Shown here piece by piece: positions 8,268-17,990 of a stretch of DNA of 64,000 nucleotides. The stretch comes from Candidatus Eiseniibacteriota bacterium (GTDB lineage Bacteria > Eisenbacteria > RBG-16-71-46): positions 1-64,000 of the forward strand of contig JBGAML010000004.1 in assembly GCA_044223005.1 (NCBI GenBank), in the 5' to 3' direction. Within the stretch, counting starts at the first letter, position 1. Every line of letters begins with the position of its first letter. The translations under genes and the position numbers were made by a program. The notes under the pieces are model-generated. The model was not told where the DNA came from and did no database searches. It worked only from the letters and a program-made list of their open reading frames with translations.

Positions 8268-10568
8268 CTACCAGGCGACGCGCACGCCGGCGAGCCAGTT
8301 GCGCGTCGCGGCGGGCGTGAGCGTGGGCACGTACGCGCCGTGCGAGTCGACGTCCATGTAGCCGCCGGTCTCGTAGCGCACGTCGCTCACGTTGAAGACG
8401 CGCAGCGAGACCTCGACCGCCGCGCCCCCGATCTCGCGCGCCGCGCCGAACGTGGCGTCGAGCACGGTGCGGGGCGCGATCGAGTTGGCGTCGGTGCCGG
8501 TGTTGTCCACGAAGATGCGCCCGGCGTGGTGCGCTTCGAGCCCGGCCGAGAGCCCGCGCCAACCCGCGCGCAGCCCGGCGTGCGCGGTGGTCGCGGGCGC
8601 GAAGCCGATCGGCTGGCCGTCGTACGAGACGTCGTCGGCGGACGTGGCGCCGTAGTGCTCGGTGTAGTGCACGAAGTGGTTGTCCGCGAGCGACGCGTTA
8701 CCGTCCAGTTCCACGCGCACCTCGCCGAGCGAGCGGCCCGCGTGCGCGGAGAGTTCGACGCCCTGGTGCACCGAACGCGCGGCGTTGCCGAGGATCGGGT
8801 AGCCGAGGTCGGTGTCGAACTGGCCCGCGTAGACGAGCTCGTCGCGGAAGTCCATGCGATAGAGCGACGCGCTCGCGCCGGCGTCGCGGCCGCGCCACGC
8901 GCCGCCCACTTCGACGTGGTTCACGTGCTCGGGGCGGATCAGCGGGTCGCGATAGACGCCGGCGGCGACGTCCACCTCGCGGTAGAGCGGCACGCTCCCG
9001 TAGCCCTCCGCGTCGTAGAGATCGCGGAACGCGGGTTCGCGGCTCGCATACGCCCACGACGCGAACGCCGACCAGCGCTCGCTGGGCTTCCACGACAACC
9101 CGAGCCGTGGCAGCGCGAAGTCGTACGACTGGTCGAACCGGATGCCGTCGAAGCGATCGTCGCGCATGGCGTAGCCCTGGTGGCGCCACGCGAGGTCGGC
9201 GGTGACGCGCAGGTCGGGCCGCGCGTCCCACGCTTCGCGCGCGAACAGGCCCGACGACAGCGTACGCGGATGGTAGTCGTAGTACTTCGCGTCCGGCGGC
9301 GTGCCCGGCGGCAGGCCGTCGCCCGAGATCACGGTGCCGACGTGGTGTCCGTCGTGGAAGCGCAGCTCGCCGCCCAGCGTGAGCTCGCCGCCGGCGTGCG
9401 CGATCCGCACGCGCGGCACCCAGCCGAAGTGCCGGTTCACGACCTCGCGGCGGCGCACGACGTCCGCCGCGATCACGCTCGCGCGGCCCTGGCCGTCGCG
9501 CACGAAATGGCCCAGCGAGTCGAGCGCGTAGTCCTCGCGCGGCAGCATCGTCGTGTCCGTGGTGGCCCACGGCGCGAGCCGGTACTTGCCCAGGTCCTGC
9601 CCGGTGCGGCGCTCGTCGTAGTAGCCGGTGCCGTCGTAGAAGAAGAACGTCTCGGTGAGCGCCAGTGCCGCGGACGGCGACCAGGCGTGCACGATCTCGT
9701 AGTGCGGCTCGAAGAAGTGGTCCTGCTCGCCGGCGTAGCCGAGGGGATTGAAGCGGCGGTCGCGGTCCGCGTCGCCGGTCACCTCGCCCTTCAGGTATTC
9801 GGGCGCGACGCCGAGGTAGGCGAGGTGGGTGTTCTCGGGGCCGCCGTAGACCTGCAGCCGCCACTGCTGCGTGGCGGATTGCCGGCGCGCCGAGAGCGCG
9901 TATGACCAGAGCTTCGACCAAGACTGCTCGCGATAACCGTCGGTCTCGATCCGCGAGTAGCGCCCGCCGAGCTGCCAGCCGCCGGGCACGGCCGCCGACA
10001 CGCCCTCGACGCTCATGCGCCGCGTGCCGAACGAGCCAGCGTCCGTGGTGATGCTGAAGCGCGGCCGCGGCGCGGCAGCGCCCATCTCGACGTTCACGCT
10101 GCCACCCAGCGACGCGGCGCCGTAGAGCGCGGGGCCGACGCCGCGCTGCACCTGCACCTCGCTCGCGGACGCGAGCAGGTCGGGATGGTCGATCCAGTAG
10201 ACCTCGTGCGACTCGGGATCGTTGAGCGGCACGCCGTCCACGAGCACGCTGATGCGGCGCTGCGGGAAACCGCGGATCGACAGGTACGAGTAGCCGATCG
10301 CGTTGCCGGCGTCGGAGTACGCGTACGCCCCGGGCAGGGTGGCGAGCGCCATGGGCGTGTCCTGGCCCCAGTTGAGGCGCTGGATCGCGGCGCGACCGAG
10401 CGTGGTGGTGGCGACGGGCGTGCGTGCGTCGGCGCGCGAGGTGTTGACCTCGACGACCGGCAGCGTGACGACGCGCCGCAGCGTGTCGCCGCCGGTGCCG
10501 TCGGCGCGCGCGGGCGACGGCGCGACGGCGAGCACGAGCACGAGGGCGAGAGCGGGGGAAGACGTCAT
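8268..10568 (-). CDS. TonB-dependent receptor, probably for thiamine or a precursor
   Basis: Plug domain SDAGNAIGYSYLSIRGFPQRRISVLVDGVPLNDPESHEVYW, C-terminal aromatic residue (…GVRVAW), located downstream of a TPP riboswitch. Confidence 0.88.
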   Translation of the reverse strand: MTSSPALALVLVLAVAPSPARADGTGGDTLRRVVTLPVVEVNTSRADARTPVATTTLGRAAIQRLNWGQDTPMALATLPGAYAYSDAGNAIGYSYLSIRGFPQRRISVLVDGVPLNDPESHEVYWIDHPDLLASASEVQVQRGVGPALYGAASLGGSVNVEMGAAAPRPRFSITTDAGSFGTRRMSVEGVSAAVPGGWQLGGRYSRIETDGYREQSWSKLWSYALSARRQSATQQWRLQVYGGPENTHLAYLGVAPEYLKGEVTGDADRDRRFNPLGYAGEQDHFFEPHYEIVHAWSPSAALALTETFFFYDGTGYYDERRTGQDLGKYRLAPWATTDTTMLPREDYALDSLGHFVRDGQGRASVIAADVVRRREVVNRHFGWVPRVRIAHAGGELTLGGELRFHDGHHVGTVISGDGLPPGTPPDAKYYDYHPRTLSSGLFAREAWDARPDLRVTADLAWRHQGYAMRDDRFDGIRFDQSYDFALPRLGLSWKPSERWSAFASWAYASREPAFRDLYDAEGYGSVPLYREVDVAAGVYRDPLIRPEHVNHVEVGGAWRGRDAGASASLYRMDFRDELVYAGQFDTDLGYPILGNAARSVHQGVELSAHAGRSLGEVRVELDGNASLADNHFVHYTEHYGATSADDVSYDGQPIGFAPATTAHAGLRAGWRGLSAGLEAHHAGRIFVDNTGTDANSIAPRTVLDATFGAAREIGGAAVEVSLRVFNVSDVRYETGGYMDVDSHGAYVPTLTPAATRNWLAGVRVAW

Positions 10569-11971
10569 GACGGCTTCTCCTTGCGTGCGAACGCGAGACC
10601 GGCGAGCCACACGAGCAGCGACGTGCCGAGCCCCGCGTAGATGGGTTCGAGGTGGAGCGGATACGGGGCGTCCGGCACGCGCGAAAGCGCGTGCACGAGC
10701 ACCCAGCCGAACGAGACGGCGAACGGGGCCAGCATCAGCACGAGCGTGCCGCGCGAGCCCAGCCGGCCGCGGCCGAGCAGCGCGCAGCCGATCGGCAACA
10801 GGAGCGTGGAAGTGACGACCGAGCCGATGTCGTGCCACAGCGCGATCACGCTGCCGCTCGCGAGCGCGAGGCCGGTCGCGAACGCGGTCGCGGTCCAGAG
10901 GCCGATGCGTGACAGGAACGGCTGCGCGTCGTCGGCGCGCTCGCCGCGCAGGCGCCAGAGCACGTCGCGCCCGAGCGTGATGGCGGCGATGAACGCGTAC
11001 GCGTCGATCGTGCTCATCACGGTGGCGATCATGCCGAGGTAGAAGAGCCCCAGCGCCACCGGCGGCAGCGTGATTCGGGCGAGCTCGGGGAACGCGAACA
11101 CGGGGTCCTTCAGGTGCGGCAGCAGCGCGCGCGCGTAGAGGCCGCTGGTGGTGGTCATGAAGTCGAACACGACCCAGAAGAGGATCGACCACAGCACCCC
11201 GCGCCGCGCGACGCCGGGATCGCGCGCGGCGTACGCGCGCTGGAAGAAGCCGGGGTCCACGAGCGTGCCGAGCGCGAGGAAGTACCAGACGAAGATCGCG
11301 CCGGGGCTGTTGCCGCCGTTCCACGACCAGTGCGACGCGGGCACGCGGGGGACCAGGAAGCCGAGGCCTCCGTGCTGCGCGAACAGGAATGCGAGCAGCA
11401 CCGCGAACCCGCCGTACATGAGCACGAACTGGATCTGGTCGGTGAGGACGACCGTCCGCAGCCCGCCGCGGTCGACGTAGAAGACCGACAGCACGGCGGC
11501 GCCGATCACGCAAGGAACCAGCGGCCAGCCGAACATGGCCGAGAACAGCGTGCCGAGCATGAGCACGTACGCCGACGGTGCCGACTGCGCGAACACGGCG
11601 AGGGCGCCGACCATCGCGGGCCCGCGGCCGTAGTTCGCGTGCAGCAGGTCGGGGATCGTGTAATGGGTCGTACCTCGCGCGCGGCGGGCGAACAGCCAGG
11701 CGAAGAGCAGCGCGCCGACGTAGTACGGCACGCCGAACACGACCCAGTTGGCGAGGCCGTAGCGCCAGGCGTACTCGCCGACGCCGAGGATGCCGCCGTA
11801 CCAGCTCGTGACGAGCGTGGCGACGAATGCGGGCAGCGTCACGGCGCGGCCGGCGACGAAGTAATCGTCGTCGCTCGGGCGCGTGCCGAGGCGGCGGAAC
11901 CACACGAAACCGAGCAGCCCGAAGTAGAGCCCGATCAGGCTCCAGTCGAGTGCGCTGGAACTGAACATCAC
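10565..11971 (-). CDS. Sodium:solute symporter family protein, probably thiamine-related
   Basis: DYFVAGR…ATLVTSWYGGILGVGE, GGLRTVVLTDQIQF, FQRAYAARD, ATVMSTID are SSS motifs. First gene after the riboswitch. The start is 11971 (GTG) or 11968 (ATG). Confidence 0.88.
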   Translation of the reverse strand: MMFSSSALDWSLIGLYFGLLGFVWFRRLGTRPSDDDYFVAGRAVTLPAFVATLVTSWYGGILGVGEYAWRYGLANWVVFGVPYYVGALLFAWLFARRARGTTHYTIPDLLHANYGRGPAMVGALAVFAQSAPSAYVLMLGTLFSAMFGWPLVPCVIGAAVLSVFYVDRGGLRTVVLTDQIQFVLMYGGFAVLLAFLFAQHGGLGFLVPRVPASHWSWNGGNSPGAIFVWYFLALGTLVDPGFFQRAYAARDPGVARRGVLWSILFWVVFDFMTTTSGLYARALLPHLKDPVFAFPELARITLPPVALGLFYLGMIATVMSTIDAYAFIAAITLGRDVLWRLRGERADDAQPFLSRIGLWTATAFATGLALASGSVIALWHDIGSVVTSTLLLPIGCALLGRGRLGSRGTLVLMLAPFAVSFGWVLVHALSRVPDAPYPLHLEPIYAGLGTSLLVWLAGLAFARKEKPS

Positions 11972-12067
11972 GACGCCTTCCGGGCAGCCGCCTTTCGCCG
12001 AAACGCGAAACGCCGCCCGCGAAGGGACGGCGTTGAAGGCAACCCGGGGACAACCGAATCGCTTGGC

Positions 12068-12153
12068 CGTTTCCCTACGCTGGTTCTAACCAGTTCAGGT
12101 TCGACGGGTGTGATCTCAGGCCGGCGCTTGTCCTCGACCGGCCACCCCGAACG
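12068..12153 (-). ncRNA. TPP riboswitch (THI element)
   Basis: The minus strand reads CGTTCGGGGTG…CTGAGATCACACCCGTCGAACCTGAACTGGTTAGAACCAGCGTAGGGAAACG, with the conserved GGGGTG, CTGAGA, ACCTGA and AGCGTAGGGAA elements. A downstream hairpin near 12009-12034 could be the expression platform. Confidence 0.92.
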
Positions 12154-12181
12154 ACGTGTCCGCTCACGGCGGACGCACGGC

Positions 12182-12210
12182 AGGATGCCCCCGGGCGCGG
12201 CCCGATGCAA
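12182..12210 (-). promoter_or_regulatory. Putative sigma70-type promoter for the riboswitch operon
   Basis: TTGCAT-N17-CATCCT about 30 nt upstream of the aptamer. Confidence 0.45.
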
Positions 12211-12328
12211 GCAGGCGGTGGGCGCCTCATCGTCCGCGTCCGTCGCCGGCGCGCAACGCCGCGGGCGTACGCCCGTAGACTGCCTGTCGGGCGCGAGGGC
12301 CGTGCCCGCTCCCCACGCGAGGTCCTGC

Positions 12329-13345
12329 ATGCGCATTTCCGTTTCGCCGTTTCGCGCGGTGCTCGTGCTCGTCGCGCTTTCCGCCGGCGCCGCCAGCTGT
12401 TCGGCGCAGATGCACGCGCCGAGCCCGCTCCCGACGGTGCACTTTCCTCCGGACTCGGCGAGCGTCGTGCTCGGCGCGCGGATCGCGCGCAACAAGATCG
12501 TGATCCCGATGCACATCGAGAGCTCGGGGCCGATCGACTGCATCCTCGACACGGGGGCTCGCGGCACCGTGATCTTCGGCGACTCCGTGACGCGCGCGCT
12601 CGGTCTGGTGCCGGCGGGCCGAGCGCAGATCCGCGGCGCGGGCGGCGGCGGTGCGTCGGTCGAAGGCTCCGTGCACAGCGGCCTGCACCTGCACGCGGGC
12701 CCGCTCGAGATCGCGGACGCGATGGTGGTCACGATGCCGGATTCGGCGATGCGCACGAGCCCGCTCAGCGGCCTCATGGCGATCGGGCGGGGCGTGTTCG
12801 AGGGCGCCGTGGCCGAGTTCGATTGGGACCGCTCGCTCGTCCGCTTCCACGATCCGGCGCGCTTCCGGGCGCCCGCGGGCGCGGTGGGGGTGCCGATGGA
12901 GGCCGGCGACGCGGGGCAGATGTACGTGCGGGTGAAGGTGACGCCGGCGGACGGCCAGCCGTTCGAGGCGCGCGTGCTGCTGGACACGGGCGCGTCGCAC
13001 ACGCTGCAGCTCGAGCCGGGCAAGAGCGCGAAGATCGTCGCGCCGCCGGGGGCGAAGCGCGAGCGCATCGGCCTGGGAGCGACCGGCGTCGTCTACGGCG
13101 CGATCGGGCGCGCCACGAGCGTCGAGTTCGGCGGCGTGACGTTCCGCGACGTGCCGGTCACGTTCGCCGACGCCTCGCTCGGCCTGGGCGGCGACCCGGG
13201 CCGCATGGGCAACCTGGGCTCGGGGCTCCTGCGGCGCTTCCGCGCGTTCGTGGACCTGCCGCATCGCACCCTCTGGCTGTTGCCGGGCGCGAGCGTGAAC
13301 GAACCGCTGGTGCTGCCGTCCTACGACGAGGCGTCGATGCGCTGA
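12329..13345 (+). CDS. Secreted retropepsin-like aspartyl protease with two domains
   Basis: Signal peptide; two DTG motifs (CILDTGA, VLLDTGA); GNLGSGLLRRF C-terminal motif. Confidence 0.8.
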   Translation: MRISVSPFRAVLVLVALSAGAASCSAQMHAPSPLPTVHFPPDSASVVLGARIARNKIVIPMHIESSGPIDCILDTGARGTVIFGDSVTRALGLVPAGRAQIRGAGGGGASVEGSVHSGLHLHAGPLEIADAMVVTMPDSAMRTSPLSGLMAIGRGVFEGAVAEFDWDRSLVRFHDPARFRAPAGAVGVPMEAGDAGQMYVRVKVTPADGQPFEARVLLDTGASHTLQLEPGKSAKIVAPPGAKRERIGLGATGVVYGAIGRATSVEFGGVTFRDVPVTFADASLGLGGDPGRMGNLGSGLLRRFRAFVDLPHRTLWLLPGASVNEPLVLPSYDEASMR

Positions 13346-13361
13346 GCCGTCTTCGCGGCGG

Positions 13362-14069
13362 TCAGCGCCCGGGCAGCAGGCGCGAGGCGACGAACTCGAG
13401 CACGGGCTGCGTGAGCATGGGGCAGAGACGCCACGCGGCGAGCAGGCCGACGAACGCGACGCCGGGCGTCGCGTGCAGCCTGCGCACGCGGCGGGCGATC
13501 GGTCCGGGGAGCGCGAGCGTCACCACCGACGCGCCGTCGAGGGGCGGCAGCGGCAGCAGGTTGAACGCCGCGAGCAGCGTGTTGAGAACGACGAGGACCG
13601 AGAGCGCGCGCGCCCAGAACGCGCACGCGCCCATCGGGTCGGCGGGCACGGCCGCGACGACGAGCTGATCCATGCGCAGGCTGGTCGCGGGAGCGAAGAG
13701 CCCGGTCACGAGCCCGGCGCGCAGCAGGCCGAAGGCGACGAGCGCGATCGCGAGGTTGCCGGCCGGCCCCGCCGCGGCCATGAGCGCGGCGCGGCGCGGG
13801 TGACGCTCGGCCCACGCGCGATCGATGGGCGCGGACGCCCAGCCGATCGTCCATCCCTGCGCGAGGCTGCTCACCAGCGGCACGATGAACATGCCGAGCG
13901 GCGAGCGCTTCACGTGCGGCCACGGCGACAGCGACACCTGGCCGGCGAGCCACGCGGTCGGGTCGCCGCCGCGGCGGGCGGCCCACGCGTGCGCGGCCTC
14001 GTGCACGGTGGCCGAGAACAGGAAGGCCGGGAACCAGAAAACCAGCGCGTTGAAGACTTCCAGGGTCAC
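13362..14069 (-). CDS. Site-2 protease (M50) family protein
   Basis: HEAAH, AAAGPAGN, FNLLPLPPLDG; AGGAGG RBS. Confidence 0.88.
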   Translation of the reverse strand: MTLEVFNALVFWFPAFLFSATVHEAAHAWAARRGGDPTAWLAGQVSLSPWPHVKRSPLGMFIVPLVSSLAQGWTIGWASAPIDRAWAERHPRRAALMAAAGPAGNLAIALVAFGLLRAGLVTGLFAPATSLRMDQLVVAAVPADPMGACAFWARALSVLVVLNTLLAAFNLLPLPPLDGASVVTLALPGPIARRVRRLHATPGVAFVGLLAAWRLCPMLTQPVLEFVASRLLPGR

Positions 14070-14272
14070 TCGAGCATCCTCCTGTGACGGAGGACTGCAC
14101 GAGCCGCGCCACGACGATTTCGCACGGTGGGCACGCGTTCACTGGGACTTGCACCGCCACCGCCGCGGCCGAACGTCGCGAAAACGCCCACGCGACGGGC
14201 ACGCCCGTGCATCGCGCACGATGCGCGGCGCCGCCGGGCGCGCAAGCCGCGCTTCGATTAGACTGCGCGCCC

Positions 14273-15100
14273 ATGCGACGAACCAGCGGTGCCATCGTCT
14301 GTCCCAACTGCGAACGCCTGATTTCCGTTTCCGAGAAGCGCTGTCCCTACTGCGGGACCTGGCAGCCCGGCATGTTCGGGTTCGGCCCCGCGATCCAGAA
14401 GGCGCTCGGCGGCACGCTCGACCTCACCAACGTGCTCACGATCGTGTGCGTCGTGATGTACGTGATCTCGCTCGCGCTCGATCCGGCGGCGATCCTTCAC
14501 ATCTCGGGCATCTTCGACCTGCTCTCGCCGTCGGGAGAGTCGCTCTTCCACCTCGGCATGACGGGCCGGCTCATGATGGGCTTGGGCCAGTGGTGGACGC
14601 TGTGCACGGCGGTGTTCCTGCACGGCAGCATCCTGCACATCCTCTTCAACGTGCTCATCATGCGCCGCTACCTCCCGATGGTCGCGGATCTCTACGGCAA
14701 CGCGCGCGCGTTCATCCTGTTCATGGCGGCCGGCATCGCGGGCTACCTGCTGAGCAACCTGGTCACCATGAACCCGACGATCGGGGCGTCGGGCGCGATC
14801 TTCGGCCTGCTGGGTGCGCTAATCTCGTACGGCCGCCGCACGGGCCAGTCGTACGTGACCGGCCAGTTGCTCACGTCGGCGATCATGATGTTCGTGATGA
14901 GCTTCATGATGGGCGGCCAGGTGAACAACTGGGCGCACGCGGGCGGCTTCGCCGGCGGCTGGCTCGCCGCGCAGGTCATGCCCACGTCGCACCGCCGCGA
15001 GGGGCCGGGCGTGATCGCGATTGCGGCCGGGCTCGCGCTGGTGACGCTCGCCGGCTTCGTGCTCTCGTTCGTCGGCTTCACCCCCGCGATCCACCGGTGA
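14273..15100 (+). CDS. Rhomboid intramembrane serine protease with N-terminal zinc ribbon
   Basis: CPNC…CPYC; FLHGSILHILFN; GASGAIFG (catalytic Ser); NWAHAGG (catalytic His). Confidence 0.9.
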   Translation: MRRTSGAIVCPNCERLISVSEKRCPYCGTWQPGMFGFGPAIQKALGGTLDLTNVLTIVCVVMYVISLALDPAAILHISGIFDLLSPSGESLFHLGMTGRLMMGLGQWWTLCTAVFLHGSILHILFNVLIMRRYLPMVADLYGNARAFILFMAAGIAGYLLSNLVTMNPTIGASGAIFGLLGALISYGRRTGQSYVTGQLLTSAIMMFVMSFMMGGQVNNWAHAGGFAGGWLAAQVMPTSHRREGPGVIAIAAGLALVTLAGFVLSFVGFTPAIHR

Positions 15101-15104
15101 GCCC

Positions 15105-15716
15105 ATGGCGACCGCGAAACGAGAGCTGAAGCGCTGCCCGTGGCCCAAGGCCACCAACGCGCTCTACGTGCAGTACCACGACACCGAGTGGGGCGTGCCC
15201 GAGTGGGACGATCGCGCGCTCTTCGAGAAGCTGCTGCTGGACGGCGCACAGGCGGGATTGTCGTGGGAGACGATCCTGAACAAGCGCGAGGGCTACCGCC
15301 GCGCGTTCCAGGGTTTCGAGCCCGAGGTGCTGGCGCGCTGGAACGCGCGCCACGTCGAGAAGCTCATGCAGGACCCCGGCATCGTGCGCAACCGGCAGAA
15401 GATCGAATCGGCGATCGGCAACGCGCGCGCCTACCTCGAGCTGCGCGAGCAGGAGGGGAGCTTCGCGCGCTGGATGTGGAGCTACGTCGGCGGCGAACCG
15501 ATCCAGAACCGCTGGGACGGCTTTCGCCAGATTCCCGCGGAGACGAAGGAGTCGCAGGCGCTCAGCAAGGAACTCAAGCGCCGCGGCTTCCGCTTCGTGG
15601 GCCCGACGATCGTCTACGCGTTCATGCAGGCGGTCGGCATGGTGAACGATCACCTGGTCGACTGCTTCCGCCACGCCGAGGTCGCGAAGCTCGCGAAGCG
15701 CCGGACGAAGCGATGA
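15105..15716 (+). CDS. tag: DNA-3-methyladenine glycosylase I
   Basis: RCPW…YHDTEWG…LFEKLLLDGAQAGLSWETILNKRE…IVRNRQKI…FVGPTIVYAFMQAVGMVNDH. Confidence 0.95.
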   Translation: MATAKRELKRCPWPKATNALYVQYHDTEWGVPEWDDRALFEKLLLDGAQAGLSWETILNKREGYRRAFQGFEPEVLARWNARHVEKLMQDPGIVRNRQKIESAIGNARAYLELREQEGSFARWMWSYVGGEPIQNRWDGFRQIPAETKESQALSKELKRRGFRFVGPTIVYAFMQAVGMVNDHLVDCFRHAEVAKLAKRRTKR

Positions 15717-16483
15717 ACGCGACGCCCCGCGAACTGCTCGACGCCGCCGCCGAACTGGCGCGGCTCGCGGGGCAGCGCGCGCTGGCGCACTTCGGCTCGC
15801 GGCTCGACGTCGACACCAAGGCGGACGGCTCGCCGGTGACGCGCGCCGATCGCGAGGCCGAGCAGTTCGCGCGCGACTGGCTGGCGGAGCGCTTTCCGCG
15901 CGATGCGGTGCTCGGCGAGGAATACGGTGTCGCGGGCGCGCCCGGCGCGACGCGGCGCTGGGTGATCGACCCGGTCGACGGCACCAAGTCGTTCGTGAAG
16001 GGCGTGCCGCTCTGGGGCACGCTGATCGCCGTGATGGAGGGCGACACGGTGATCGCCGGTGCGGCCGCGTTTCCCGCGACGGACGAATGGATTGCCGCCG
16101 CGCGCGGCGAGGGCGCGTGGTGGAACGGCACGCGCACGCAGGTGTCGGCGGTCGCGAGCCTCGCGCAGGCGACGGTGCTGCACACCGGCACGCCGTTCGA
16201 CGACGCAGGCCGCCGCGCGCGCTGGGACGCGTTCGCCGACCGCGCGGGCGTGGTGCGCACGTGGGGCGACTGCTACGGCTACCTGCTGGTCGCGACGGGC
16301 CGCGCCGAGGTGATGATGGACCCGCGCCTCAACGTGTGGGACGCGGCCTCGGTGATGGTGATCGTCGAGGAAGCCGGCGGGCGATTCACGGACTGGACCG
16401 GCGCACGCACGGCGGAGGGCATCGGCGGCATCGCGACCAACCGGGCGCTGGGCGACGAGGTGCGGCGAGAGCTCTGCGGGTAG
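15713..16483 (+). CDS. Inositol monophosphatase family protein, histidinol-phosphatase (HisN)-like
   Basis: KADGSPVTRADREAE, GEEYG, WVIDPVDGTKSFVKGVPLWGTLIA, WGDCYGY, WDAA. Confidence 0.85.
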   Translation: MNATPRELLDAAAELARLAGQRALAHFGSRLDVDTKADGSPVTRADREAEQFARDWLAERFPRDAVLGEEYGVAGAPGATRRWVIDPVDGTKSFVKGVPLWGTLIAVMEGDTVIAGAAAFPATDEWIAAARGEGAWWNGTRTQVSAVASLAQATVLHTGTPFDDAGRRARWDAFADRAGVVRTWGDCYGYLLVATGRAEVMMDPRLNVWDAASVMVIVEEAGGRFTDWTGARTAEGIGGIATNRALGDEVRRELCG

Positions 16484-16744
16484 GAGCTTCCGGTCGGCGC
16501 GCGGCCACGAGTCGAATCGACTTGACGGCTTTGCGCGCGTCCTCCGCGCGAACCCGAGACCCCCGCGCTCGCGTCGCGTGAGCATCGCAGGTTCGCGCGC
16601 ACGCGACGGATCTCGCGCGAGCCTTCGCGCGATGTCGCGTGGGGCGTCGTTTCGCGATCTGGGCGAACGTGCGTGCGTCGAATTCGCGTGTGCTACAAAG
16701 TGTGCGCGCCCGACTCACACCCGCCCCCGACGCGGATGTGTTTC

Positions 16745-17989
16745 ATGAGCACCTTTGGACGCTCGCAGCTTTCGGATCATGCGCTGGTCGCCGCCTGCCG
16801 CGAACACGCCTCGCATGAACGCCGTGCGACGGCAGCCCTGCTGGCCGATCTGGCGGAGATCGATGCGCGGCGGCTCTACGCGCCGGCGGGGTACTCGTCG
16901 CTCTACGCGTGGTGCGTGGGGGAGCTGCGGCTTTCGGAGGAGTCTGCTTACAAGCGCATCCAGGCCGCCAAGGTCTCGCGCCAGTTCCCGGCGCTGCTCG
17001 AGGCCGTCGCGGAAGGGCGGCTGCACCTGAGCGCCGTCGTGCTGCTCGCACCGAACCTCTCGCGTGAGAACGTCTCCGAGCTGATCGCCGCCGCGGCGAA
17101 CAAGACCTGCGAAGCGATCAAGCTCGTACTGGCCGAACGATTCCCGCGTCCTGACATGCCGACGAGTGTGACTCCGGTCGCGGAGCATTGCGGCAACTCA
17201 CTGGATTTGAATCCAGTGATTCTGACCGAGCCTGAACATGGCGGTGCGGTGGCTGCGCCGCAGACCAGCGTTGCTCCGACGCCCGCACCGCCGACCCGCG
17301 TCGCGCCACTCTCGCCCGGCCGCTACGAGCTTCGCGGCACGCTCGACGCCGACGCGCACGCGGACCTGCGCGTCGCGCAGGAGCTGCTCGGCGTGCATGC
17401 CGGCGACGCGATGGCCGTGATCGCGAAGGCGCTCAAGCTCCTGCGTCGCGACCTGGAGCGCCGGCGTTACGCCGCGACGGAGAAGCCGCGGAAGCAGCGC
17501 CGCGCCGGGAGGGCCCGCACGATCCCGGCCGCGACCCGACGCGAGGTATGGCAGCGCGACGGCGGGCAGTGCACGTTCACGAGCGACTCCGGCCATCGTT
17601 GCGAGGAGCGCAAGGGGCTCGAATTCGATCACATCGTGTCCCGGGCGCTCGGCGGCGACGACTCGGCCGGAAACCTGCGCCTGCGCTGCCGGGCGCACAA
17701 CCAGCTCGAGGCCGAGCGCACGTTCGGCCGCGCGTTCATGGACGGCAAGCGCGAACGCGCTCGGACGACGCGCAAGGCCGCCGTCGCTGCGGCATCCGCC
17801 ACTGCGCCGTCTGCCGCGCCCGCGCCCGCCGCCGCACCCGCGCGAAAGCGGGCCGCCGGCGCTCCGGGCGACCCGGACGGCCCGCTCAGGGTCGCGAGCC
17901 CGGCCGCCGTCCCGCACGGGCGAACGCGCGCGAGCATTCGCGCGCCCGAACCCCCGTTTCCCCGCGCCGATTCGCCCCGGATGTCTTAG
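16745..17989 (+). CDS. DUF222-like N-terminal domain plus HNH endonuclease
   Basis: LAEIDARRLYAPAGYSSLYAWCVGELRLSEESAYKRI N-terminus; C-terminal VWQRDGGQC…C…LEFDHIVSRALGG…NLRLRCRAHN HNH motif. Confidence 0.82.
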   Translation: MSTFGRSQLSDHALVAACREHASHERRATAALLADLAEIDARRLYAPAGYSSLYAWCVGELRLSEESAYKRIQAAKVSRQFPALLEAVAEGRLHLSAVVLLAPNLSRENVSELIAAAANKTCEAIKLVLAERFPRPDMPTSVTPVAEHCGNSLDLNPVILTEPEHGGAVAAPQTSVAPTPAPPTRVAPLSPGRYELRGTLDADAHADLRVAQELLGVHAGDAMAVIAKALKLLRRDLERRRYAATEKPRKQRRAGRARTIPAATRREVWQRDGGQCTFTSDSGHRCEERKGLEFDHIVSRALGGDDSAGNLRLRCRAHNQLEAERTFGRAFMDGKRERARTTRKAAVAAASATAPSAAPAPAAAPARKRAAGAPGDPDGPLRVASPAAVPHGRTRASIRAPEPPFPRADSPRMS

Positions 17990-17990
17990 C

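Noticed and set aside
16745..17989. IscB/Cas9-like RNA-guided nuclease
   Set aside because: No PLMP or RuvC motifs are visible. Only the DUF222-like and HNH regions are supported.
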